DNA of 64,000 bases, taken from IMG/VR virus record IMGVR_UViG_3300025751_003710, one strand, 5' to 3'. The DNA comes from an uncultured virus (IMG/VR IMGVR_UViG_3300025751_003710). Lineage: Duplodnaviria; Heunggongvirae; Uroviricota; Caudoviricetes. Position 1 is the stretch's first letter. The number at the start of each line of letters is the position of its first letter. The notes under the pieces were generated by a model, which searched no databases, was not told where the DNA came from, and saw only the letters and a list, made by a program, of their open reading frames with translations. The translations under genes and the position numbers were made by a program. Shown piece after piece: positions 1-7,596 of the stretch.

Positions 1-1
1 T

Positions 2-436
2 TATCAGAAGAGTGGAGATAAGATTCTGACTGATAAGCGTCATAACTTTGGTATCGATTGGAGTGTTCTTTGTGACCTTGCAGGTCTCTGTGGTGTTGAT
101 ACTATCCATGCTGGTATGTGGGGTGGATATTTGAGTGATGATGAAGCAGAACTGCATACCGTGATGGATACTTTGCATCATAGAAATGTCCTACCAGCAC
201 TCAGTTGTGGTATGCATCCAGGTATCGTCAACACTACTGCTGAGAAGTTTGGAACTGATTTCCTAGCAAACTGTGGTGGTGCAGTTCATGGACACCCTGG
301 TGGCACTCTCTCTGGTGCTTTAGCAATGCGACAAGCGATTGATAAGAATCCTGGAGAGGAATTCCGTGCTGCTATTGATAAGTGGGGATATGAAACTGGT
401 GGTGGATCTCTTCCAGAATGGGTTTTAGAGTTTTGA
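2..436 (+). CDS. RuBisCO-like protein (form IV/RLP), C-terminal part; 5' truncated by the window edge
   Basis: Frame is open from position 2: YQKSGDKILTDKRHNFGIDWSVLCDLAGLCGVDTIHAGMWGGYL...PALSCGMHPG...ANCGGAVHGHPGGTLSGALAMRQA. This matches the RbcL barrel motifs G(V/A)DxIHxG, PxxSGG and GGGxxGHPxGxxxGAxAxRQA. Confidence 0.85.
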   Translation, partial: YQKSGDKILTDKRHNFGIDWSVLCDLAGLCGVDTIHAGMWGGYLSDDEAELHTVMDTLHHRNVLPALSCGMHPGIVNTTAEKFGTDFLANCGGAVHGHPGGTLSGALAMRQAIDKNPGEEFRAAIDKWGYETGGGSLPEWVLEF

Positions 437-437
437 T

Positions 438-917
438 ATGATTATCATTGCTCATAGGGGAAATGTAGATGGTCCTAATCCTGAAAGGGAAAATAGTCCA
501 GATTACATTGATGAAGCCTTATCGATGGGATATGACGTAGAAATTGATTTGAGATCGAAAGATAAACAACTTTTTCTTGGACATGATAAACCTCAATATC
601 CATTGAAACTTGGGTGGCTTTATAAGCATAGAGAAAGACTCTGGATTCACTGTAAAGATCGTGAATCCTTAGAGTTCTGCTCTTCTACGGTCATGAATTT
701 ACATTACTTCTATCATGAAAATGATAGGTATGCTTTAACCAGTAGGGGTATTGGGTGGGTATTAGTAGGACAAATACCATATAATAACTCAATCATTGTT
801 CTACCAGAGTCCATTTCTTATTACAATAAATACGAAGAAAGATACGATAGAATATTATCAACAAAAGGTATCTGTACAGATAATTGTAATTATTATAGGA
901 GAGAGTTGTCTGAATGA
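438..917 (+). CDS. Glycerophosphodiester phosphodiesterase-like (PLC-like barrel) protein
   Basis: N-terminal IAHRG, EN and GYDVEIDL motifs typical of the GDPD family. Confidence 0.7.
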   Translation: MIIIAHRGNVDGPNPERENSPDYIDEALSMGYDVEIDLRSKDKQLFLGHDKPQYPLKLGWLYKHRERLWIHCKDRESLEFCSSTVMNLHYFYHENDRYALTSRGIGWVLVGQIPYNNSIIVLPESISYYNKYEERYDRILSTKGICTDNCNYYRRELSE

Positions 918-3900
918 AGATTTCATTAATATGTGCTTGTAAAAATAGAAATGAAGCATTAAGAGTTTCATTAAATTCTTGGTTAAATTACTCAGAAATA
1001 TCAGAAATTATTATTGTTGATTGGAAATCTGACAAACCATTAAAAAATCTAACTCAACTGGACGAAAGGATTAAAATCATTCGTGTAGATGATGTTGAGT
1101 ATTTTAATCAACCACAACCATTAAACTTGGCTGCTCAACAAGCGACTGGAGATTACATACTTAAGGTTGATTGTGATTATATAATGAGTCCATATTATTC
1201 CTTTTTCAACAAATATAAGATTGATGAAAATTCATTTGTTAGTGGAAAATCTTCTATAAAAAGTCCAGAATTTTATGATGAAGAGAGTGGTCTTCATAAA
1301 TTTGATAAAATGAAGATGAGTGTTGAGCAAATGCAAGATTATTACGATTCTTATAGTTCATACTATAGGTATTTGACAGGTCTTCTTTTTGTTTCAAAGG
1401 AACATTTTATTAATATTGGTGGATATAACGAATCGTTTTCAGATTTTTACTCATTTGAAGATGATGAGATTTATAAAAGATTAGAGATTTATGGATTAGA
1501 GCACAAGAAATTAGATTTTGATTATCATCTAATTCACATGCCTCATCCAGACAATAAACGATTTGAAAACTTTCGTTCAACCTATGAGCAAAGAGAAATA
1601 AGAGATATTATAAGAGCAAATCTTTCTGGTTGTTATAGTGGTGATGATTTAGAATGGCAAACTGATTACGTTTTAGCAATGAAACACAATCAGATTAACC
1701 GTGCTAAAGTGGATGAAGTATCTGGAGCATACGTTAAGTGTGAAACTAAATGGATAGTTTCTTCTGAAGGTGGTCGTTATTACACAGCATCTATTGATAA
1801 TAACCAACATCAACTGGATAAAAATAAATTAAAAAATCTTCCACCAGTTAATTTTATTAGTGTTGAACATTCTGAAGAGAGGAGAGAAAATTTATATAAA
1901 ATATTTTCAGAGTATGGTATACTAGAAGATCATATAACTCCTCATATATTTAAAAAATATGATGATAGTGAGCATCAAATTCAAAGTGGGTACTTACATC
2001 GATTAAGTATTGGTAGTAGAGGTCCAGTAACTTCTCATTTAAAGGCCATTAAAGAATGGTTGAATGACACTGAAGAGGAATATGCTTTTTTCTGTGAAGA
2101 TGATATCTCCTTAGAATCTGTAAAATATTGGGACTTTACATGGGAAGAGTTTTTTAACTCTTTACCTCCACAATGGGAATGTGTTCAACTTTGTTTACTT
2201 AGAGAATATGAGTATGGTTTAGATATTAAATTTAAAACTAGAGAATGGAGTGATTGGTCTGGATGTGCATACTTAATTAGTAGAAAATATGCACAAAAAT
2301 TGATTGATACATATTATTATGATGATGTATTCCATCTTGATTCCAAATGTCACGATGTAGAATACAGACCAGACTGGGCTATTGTACCAGTTATTGAAAC
2401 TATTATCTTTGGATTGAGTGATGAAGTTTATGTAATTCCTCTCTTTTTAGAAGATATTTCCTTTAAAGCATCATATCAAATTGACGGTGAAGATGATAAT
2501 GTAAATGTTCACCATCATAATTCACACAATATTGTCCTTAATAAATGGAAAGAAATGGCATTTAAATTGAATCAAAGTAAAGAGATACCAAACAAAATAA
2601 AATTTGTAAACTTTCCTAGCGTTTACTATATAAGTTTAGAGGAAAGTGTTGAACGGAGAAATAAACTTAATAAACAATTTTTTAGTTGTGGTGTAGAAAA
2701 AACTGTTGGTGTAATTTCCAAGAGATTTTCTGAATCTGATGATAAATTAGAAGGAGAGCAGTTACATATACTTGATGATGGTACAAAGGGATGTGTAGTA
2801 TCTCATATCAAGATGATTAAAAAGTGGTATGATGAAACTGATGAAGAGTATGCATTCTTTTGTGAAGATGATCTAAGCCTTGAGACTGTTAATGATTGGA
2901 ATTTTTCTTGGACAGAATTTATTCAAAGTCTTCCAGAAGATGCTGAATGTGTTCAACTCTGCTGTGTACGAGATGGTCAGGAAGAAGTGAGATTGCGTGA
3001 TAGATCAATGTATGATTGGTCTGTAACCGCATATATTTTAACCAGAGGGTATGCTAAAAAAATAATTGATCATTATTTTGATAATAATACTTATACTTTA
3101 AATATTCCAAACTCCAATTTTTATCCAATGCCAGAAAATGTAATTTTCTATGGACTTGGTAAAGTTTATTCTATAAATCTTTTTGTTGAAGATCAAAATC
3201 ATCCTTCTACTTTTTATGGGAAAGAGGGATTATCTGATAAAAACAAAGCACATCATGTTGAAACATATAAATTTGTCACAGATTGGTGGAAAAATAACAA
3301 TGTTTCACTTGGCGCACTGCTTTCTGTAACTTCCGAAAAAGATACTGAAATTGTAGAAGAAAAAAAAAGTATTGGAAGGGAAAGGACTGAGTTAGAGCAG
3401 TTATTGTATGAATATTCTTTAGATTGTGAGGATGCACAAAAAAATTACAACCTTGGAATATGGTATGAAAAAGAAGGGCACACTGCACCAGCACTTTCAT
3501 ATTTCTTGAGAGCCGCTGAAAGGTTTGAAAGTGAAGATATGCAATATGAAGCAATAATTAAGTGCCATCATTGTTATGATAAACAAGGAACAAGAGATGG
3601 TACAGCAGAATCATTACTGCAGCAAGCGTTATGTATAAAACCAACTAGACCAGAAGCATACTTTTTGCTTGCAAGATTCCATGAGAAAAGATCGCAGTGG
3701 AGTCACTGTTATCAATTTGCCTGCCAGGGTTTGACTTTATCTGATTTTGATTCTCCAAAAACAACACATGATGTTGAATATCCTGGAAGACTTGGTTTAC
3801 TTTTTGAAAAAGCATCTTCTGGTTGGTACTGGGGTAAAGTTGAAGAATCTAAAGAAATTTTTCTAGATTTGATTGATAACTATAATCTTACTCCGTATTA

Positions 3901-3958
3901 TCATAATCTTATTGTTGATAATTTGAAGCACTATGATATTGAACGCGAAAAAAAGTAG
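914..3958 (+). CDS. Multidomain glycosyltransferase: GT2/GT7-like + two GT25-like domains + C-terminal TPR
   Basis: KISLICACKNR..EIIIVDW..DCD..GGYNE..EDD (GT-A fold); two repeats of YxISLExSxERR...SHxKxIKxW...FFCEDD; C-terminal TPR-like helices (ALSYFLRAAE, PTRPEAYFLLAR). Confidence 0.8.
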   Translation: MKISLICACKNRNEALRVSLNSWLNYSEISEIIIVDWKSDKPLKNLTQLDERIKIIRVDDVEYFNQPQPLNLAAQQATGDYILKVDCDYIMSPYYSFFNKYKIDENSFVSGKSSIKSPEFYDEESGLHKFDKMKMSVEQMQDYYDSYSSYYRYLTGLLFVSKEHFINIGGYNESFSDFYSFEDDEIYKRLEIYGLEHKKLDFDYHLIHMPHPDNKRFENFRSTYEQREIRDIIRANLSGCYSGDDLEWQTDYVLAMKHNQINRAKVDEVSGAYVKCETKWIVSSEGGRYYTASIDNNQHQLDKNKLKNLPPVNFISVEHSEERRENLYKIFSEYGILEDHITPHIFKKYDDSEHQIQSGYLHRLSIGSRGPVTSHLKAIKEWLNDTEEEYAFFCEDDISLESVKYWDFTWEEFFNSLPPQWECVQLCLLREYEYGLDIKFKTREWSDWSGCAYLISRKYAQKLIDTYYYDDVFHLDSKCHDVEYRPDWAIVPVIETIIFGLSDEVYVIPLFLEDISFKASYQIDGEDDNVNVHHHNSHNIVLNKWKEMAFKLNQSKEIPNKIKFVNFPSVYYISLEESVERRNKLNKQFFSCGVEKTVGVISKRFSESDDKLEGEQLHILDDGTKGCVVSHIKMIKKWYDETDEEYAFFCEDDLSLETVNDWNFSWTEFIQSLPEDAECVQLCCVRDGQEEVRLRDRSMYDWSVTAYILTRGYAKKIIDHYFDNNTYTLNIPNSNFYPMPENVIFYGLGKVYSINLFVEDQNHPSTFYGKEGLSDKNKAHHVETYKFVTDWWKNNNVSLGALLSVTSEKDTEIVEEKKSIGRERTELEQLLYEYSLDCEDAQKNYNLGIWYEKEGHTAPALSYFLRAAERFESEDMQYEAIIKCHHCYDKQGTRDGTAESLLQQALCIKPTRPEAYFLLARFHEKRSQWSHCYQFACQGLTLSDFDSPKTTHDVEYPGRLGLLFEKASSGWYWGKVEESKEIFLDLIDNYNLTPYYHNLIVDNLKHYDIEREKK

Positions 3959-3960
3959 TC

Positions 3961-4782
3961 ATGCGGAATAATAATGAGTATGAAAAACATGATATTATTC
4001 TGCAAGGAAAATATGATGAATTTACCAATGATGTAATAGAAAGTTATTTAAATATTCCTTTCGTTAATAATATAATTTTATCCTGTTGGGATGATGATGA
4101 TTTATCATCCCTCAGAGATATTATTGATAAAAATGTAGATAGAATTGTATTAGTACCGAACAAAAAACCTACAAATACTGGAGATGATAATGTCAATCTT
4201 CAAATTTTCTCCTCTTTCAGTGGTATAAAAAAATCTACAACAGAGTATTCTATAAAAATGCGTACCGATCAGTTATATGATCATAAGAGTATGCTCAATA
4301 TGTATGAATTTTTTATAGAGAACAGAGAGAAAGATCGTATATTTGTACCAGGATTATATCCACATCTTCTATTCCACCCCAGAGATCATCTTTTCTGGGG
4401 AAAAACTGAAGATTTATATAAATTATTTGATATACCATTAAAAACATATAACATTACAGATCTGGTAAAAATATCAAAGAATGATCTGTGGAAATATTAT
4501 CCATATTTTACTAGATCTGAAACTTATATTGGAGCACATTATTGTTCTAATTTTGATGATCGTGTCAAGATAATGCTAATCCAACAAGATAAGTATCTAT
4601 ATGATAATTGTCAACAATGGGATGAATCTCATGAGATTAGCACTAATCTATCAAAAAGGTTATTTAAATCTTTCCCTAAAAAAGGTATTGATTTAAAATG
4701 GCCTAAAAAAGATCTTATGTCATACCCATATGATGATCAAAAAAATGGTTACAATGAATGTTGGCATGAGGATGGAGTATAG
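3961..4782 (+). CDS. WavE-like LPS synthesis protein
   Basis: IILQG, IILSCW, NVNLQIFSSFSGI, KMRTD and FHPRDHLFWG motifs. Confidence 0.65.
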   Translation: MRNNNEYEKHDIILQGKYDEFTNDVIESYLNIPFVNNIILSCWDDDDLSSLRDIIDKNVDRIVLVPNKKPTNTGDDNVNLQIFSSFSGIKKSTTEYSIKMRTDQLYDHKSMLNMYEFFIENREKDRIFVPGLYPHLLFHPRDHLFWGKTEDLYKLFDIPLKTYNITDLVKISKNDLWKYYPYFTRSETYIGAHYCSNFDDRVKIMLIQQDKYLYDNCQQWDESHEISTNLSKRLFKSFPKKGIDLKWPKKDLMSYPYDDQKNGYNECWHEDGV

Positions 4783-4800
4783 AAAAGGAGGAATTTAATT

Positions 4801-5034
4801 TTGTTTAAAATTTTTACTAGAAAAAATTGTAAGTATTGCTATAAAGTTAAACAAGTGATAGAATTAACAGGTAACTCTTATGAGGAACTTACTCTGGGAA
4901 AAGATTTTACCAGGGATGATTTTATTTCTAAATTTGGAAGTGAATCAACTTTTCCTCAAGTAATTTATGAAGATGAATACTTGGGTGGATGTACAGATAC
5001 AATTAAATTTTTAAAAGAAAAACAATTTGTCTAA
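4801..5034 (+). CDS. Glutaredoxin
   Basis: CKYC active site, TFPQV and GGCTD motifs; TTG start preceded by AGGAGG. Confidence 0.9.
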   Translation: MFKIFTRKNCKYCYKVKQVIELTGNSYEELTLGKDFTRDDFISKFGSESTFPQVIYEDEYLGGCTDTIKFLKEKQFV

Positions 5035-5215
5035 TAACAATATAAATAATTCTAAGATTCCTATTAACCGAGGAGTTGAATTTGTTTTACGCGGAGGCAA
5101 AAAGAAAAAACCCAACGTTATACACTTTATTACAAATAAAGTATTAAATTTTCGTAGAAGGGAAATTAATCTTTATTTTGAATTTTCTTTAAATATAAAG
5201 AAAAAAGAAAAATAG
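5027..5215 (+). CDS. Hypothetical basic protein
   Basis: ORF track; INRGVE motif resembles small cyanophage proteins. Confidence 0.5.
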   Translation: MSNNNINNSKIPINRGVEFVLRGGKKKKPNVIHFITNKVLNFRRREINLYFEFSLNIKKKEK

Positions 5216-5235
5216 TTTCCTAAGAGGTAAGAACA

Positions 5236-5463
5236 ATGTTAGCAGTAAGTTTAGTTTTTGGATCATTTTTGACTATTTTGTTTCTTATACTAGGAACTGT
5301 TGTTGGGTGGACCGCGAGAGAATACATGATGAATTATCGGGAAGTACCAAGACCTCATCCCGAAATGTTTGATGGTAACGGGAACCTAATACCCGATGAG
5401 GTAATTGCATTTAATTTTGAAAACTATTATGACGACAACCAATCAGAAGAAGACGACGACTAG
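5236..5463 (+). CDS. Small membrane protein (conserved cyanophage type)
   Basis: N-terminal TM helix, HPEMFD.NGNLIPDE motif, acidic tail; GAGG SD. Confidence 0.7.
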   Translation: MLAVSLVFGSFLTILFLILGTVVGWTAREYMMNYREVPRPHPEMFDGNGNLIPDEVIAFNFENYYDDNQSEEDDD

Positions 5464-6019
5464 GAAAAAAGCAGCATCTAAACCTATTCCAGATCTTGCA
5501 AAAAATCCTTTTGCTTTTGAAGTTTTACAATTAGCTTCCAAACAGCGTAGTAAAGCAAAAAAAGTTGAGGTTCTTCAAAAATACGGAGATAATTCTCTTA
5601 AAGCAGTTTTTATTTGGAATTTTGATGAGAGTGTAATCAGTCTTCTTCCAGAAGGACCTGTTCCTTATGCTACTAATGGTGAACAAAATGCTTTTAGTGG
5701 TGATATGAGTGGCAAAATTGGTGATGCAGTTAAAAAAATGGAAGAACTTGGTAGTAACTCACTTGGCATGAATGATCAGGGGCAAACTACCATTCGTAAA
5801 GAATTTCGTAAGTTTTATAATTTTCTTCGTGGTGGAAATCCTGGTATGAATTCTATGAGGAGAGAAACTCTTTTCATTGATATGCTTAGGGGTTTACATC
5901 CTTTGGAAGCAGAAATTTTAATCTTAATTAAAGATAAAAAACTGCAAACCAAGTACAATATCACTAAAGATATTGTTTCTACTGCGTATCCTGATATTAA
6001 ATGGGGAAATCGCTCATGA
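5429..6019 (+). CDS. Conserved T4-like cyanophage hypothetical protein
   Basis: ATG at 5429 is in frame with the track ORF 5405-6019; LPEGPVPY and RRETLFIDMLRGLHPLEAE motifs. Confidence 0.7.
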   Translation: MTTTNQKKTTTRKKAASKPIPDLAKNPFAFEVLQLASKQRSKAKKVEVLQKYGDNSLKAVFIWNFDESVISLLPEGPVPYATNGEQNAFSGDMSGKIGDAVKKMEELGSNSLGMNDQGQTTIRKEFRKFYNFLRGGNPGMNSMRRETLFIDMLRGLHPLEAEILILIKDKKLQTKYNITKDIVSTAYPDIKWGNRS

Positions 6020-6375
6020 ATGAGACTTATGATGAAGTAAAATCTAAGGAAACTGGAGGATCATCTGTGGAATGGAGTAACGAAGAAAAAGAAAATTCCA
6101 CAGCTAGATATGGTTGTAGTATTTTGGTTGAGAAAGCAACTTTAGAACAAGTTAAAGATCCATCTTGGCCAAATGATGCCAGATTAATTTGGTATATCGT
6201 TGATGGTATTGAGTATATGGATCTTACTAGATGTAGTAAAATATCTAAGTTGTTTGATATGTATTATGATAAGTATGGTAAAGGATCAATACAGAAAATT
6301 GATTTTGGTTATGGTACAGTGAATCCAAAACTCTGGGGGTATAAAGCACCCACCGAAAAGAAAAAGCGAAAGTGA
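6016..6375 (+). CDS. Conserved cyanophage hypothetical protein
   Basis: ATGA overlap with the upstream stop; FDMYYDKYG..GYGTVNPKLWG motif. Confidence 0.65.
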   Translation: MNETYDEVKSKETGGSSVEWSNEEKENSTARYGCSILVEKATLEQVKDPSWPNDARLIWYIVDGIEYMDLTRCSKISKLFDMYYDKYGKGSIQKIDFGYGTVNPKLWGYKAPTEKKKRK

Positions 6376-6435
6376 TTTCCCAATAACCCCGAAAAAAATT
6401 CGCCAAAATTTTTAACCTGTAAGGTTTTTTAAAAT

Positions 6436-6451
6436 TGTATCATAAGTTACA
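6436..6451 (+). promoter_or_regulatory. NtcA-type binding site (TGTA-N8-TACA)
   Basis: TGTATCATAAGTTACA, an exact match to the cyanobacterial NtcA palindrome, just upstream of a -35 box. Confidence 0.65.
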
Positions 6452-6458
6452 TAACTAC

Positions 6459-6487
6459 TTGACTACATAGTACATAGGAGTTATAAT
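6459..6487 (+). promoter_or_regulatory. Sigma70-type promoter
   Basis: TTGACT (6459) - 17 nt - TATAAT (6482); predicted start near 6494, just before aptamer 1. Confidence 0.8.
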
Positions 6488-6496
6488 ACTCTAGTA

Positions 6497-6729
6497 CGTT
6501 CATCCAATGTTAGCACTACTGCTGGCATTCACCCTTGCCCATCATAATGACGCTAATCCTTACGATTGGCACATGTCTTGTGAAAGGTGGTTACAACGAT
6601 CTACGGAAATCCGATTAGATCCAAACCTTGACCTTCGGTCGAAGTTGAGTCTAATCGCTTACCTCAAATCAAAAGTACCAGGTGAATGTAACGGAGTGTA
6701 TACATAGGACGCAAGTAAGTCGCGGAACG
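6497..6729 (+). ncRNA. Glutamine riboswitch-like aptamer 1 (glnA/Downstream-peptide family) with an ORF-sized P2 loop
   Basis: CGTTCATCC (6497)...GGACGCAAGTAAGTCGCGGAACG (6707-6729); P1 CGTTC/GAACG, P2 TCC/GGA. Confidence 0.6.
6507..6707 (+). CDS. Small signal-peptide-bearing two-Cys protein nested in aptamer 1
   Basis: 66 aa, hydrophobic N-terminus MLALLLAFTLA, C...VPGEC. Confidence 0.65.
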   Translation: MLALLLAFTLAHHNDANPYDWHMSCERWLQRSTEIRLDPNLDLRSKLSLIAYLKSKVPGECNGVYT

Positions 6730-6732
6730 GAG

Positions 6733-6920
6733 CGTTCATCCCATGCTAGAATTACTTTTATATTCAAGTATAACTTGTACTGATGCTGATGCATTATTGT
6801 TCAGGATCACAAAAAATAGATCAGAACTACCTCCACAAGTGGTGGTAGAATTGGTAGAGACCGTAAAGGAATCTGTACCTGAATGTGAATTCTACTGGGA
6901 CGCAAACGACTGAAGGAACG
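6733..6920 (+). ncRNA. Glutamine riboswitch-like aptamer 2 with an ORF-sized P2 loop
   Basis: CGTTCATCCC (6733)...GGGACGCAAACGACTGAAGGAACG (6897-6920); P2 extended by TAGAATT (6747) pairing with AATTCTA (6888). Confidence 0.6.
6743..6913 (+). CDS. Small two-Cys protein nested in aptamer 2 (56 aa, not in the ORF track)
   Basis: Manual translation: MLELLLYSSITCTDADALLFRITKNRSELPPQVVVELVETVKESVPECEFYWDAND*. Confidence 0.6.
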   Translation: MLELLLYSSITCTDADALLFRITKNRSELPPQVVVELVETVKESVPECEFYWDAND

Positions 6921-6985
6921 GGAAAAAACGGATCCAGCGAAAGCTGAGAAGGTTAATTTTCACCCATTCTTTTAGGAGACCTACA

Positions 6986-7150
6986 ATGAACACCCTCAAT
7001 CTCATTAAAAAGCAAATTAAAAAAGCAGCAGCACTGCACGACGCTCAAATCGCAATGACCACTTATCGTGGTGTCAAGTATGAGTGTAAGCAAGGTGCTG
7101 ATGAAGTACATGGTACTTTCTGCTATCGCGGTCACACTTATAATAAGTGA
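6986..7150 (+). CDS. DUF4278-like YRG peptide (54 aa, not in the ORF track)
   Basis: MNTLNLIKKQIKKAAALHDAQIAMTTYRGVKYECKQGADEVHGTFCYRGHTYNK*; two YRGxxY motifs; AGGAG SD. Confidence 0.75.
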   Translation: MNTLNLIKKQIKKAAALHDAQIAMTTYRGVKYECKQGADEVHGTFCYRGHTYNK

Positions 7151-7157
7151 GGCAATT

Positions 7158-7256
7158 ATGCAAGCATTATAAGTAGTATCATTAGGTTCTATTTTTAGTA
7201 TTGCATTTCTTGGTTTAGTTTACGGAAAGTTAACACTTTTACATAAGAGAGGTTAA
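7158..7256 (+). pseudogene. Small membrane peptide gene with an in-frame TAA at codon 5
   Basis: MQAL*VVSLGSIFSIAFLGLVYGKLTLLHKRG*; GAGG SD; the hydrophobic frame continues after the stop. Confidence 0.4.
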
Positions 7257-7273
7257 GAAACCTCTCTTTTTTT
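7245..7273 (+). terminator. Rho-independent terminator
   Basis: AGAGAGGTT-loop-AACCTCTCT followed by a T run. Confidence 0.8.
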
Positions 7274-7298
7274 GTACTTACATTAAAAAGTTACAATA

Positions 7299-7312
7299 GT
7301 ATATTAAGATAC
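7299..7312 (+). promoter_or_regulatory. Second NtcA-type site (GTA-N8-TAC)
   Basis: GTATATTAAGATAC, with TAGAAT (-10-like) at 7333, upstream of ORF 7414. Confidence 0.45.
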
Positions 7313-7413
7313 CAAAACATTACTACATAGAATAGAATTAAGGTTCTGCTTATGTTCTGAAATTTTTTCTTTATTATGATTTTCTAAATTAATGTTAAAA
7401 TTGCGTTGGAGGT

Positions 7414-7596
7414 GTGATGCATAATCTCATTTCTCGCAACCAATTAGCAGAATGGAATCATTTTGAGAGTACGCTAAACCGATGTAATGAGGAATTAGAT
7501 CTGGTAAACGATTACTTTGACTGCTTAATTGAATGCGACGAAGACCAAGCTACATGTAAGCGAATCTGCAGAATTCTATTAGACACTGAGGGTTGA
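7414..7596 (+). CDS. Small four-Cys protein (Cx3Cx6Cx3C)
   Basis: DYFDCLIECDEDQATCKRICR; strong GGAGGT SD. Confidence 0.7.
   Translation: MMHNLISRNQLAEWNHFESTLNRCNEELDLVNDYFDCLIECDEDQATCKRICRILLDTEG

Noticed and set aside
2..436. A bona fide CO2-fixing RuBisCO (rbcL)
   Set aside because: The loop-6 Lys and the HR motif appear substituted and no rbcS follows; an RLP fits better.
6953..7135. Minus-strand 60-aa ORF from the track
   Set aside because: It is antisense to the YRG peptide, which has an SD and recognisable motifs.
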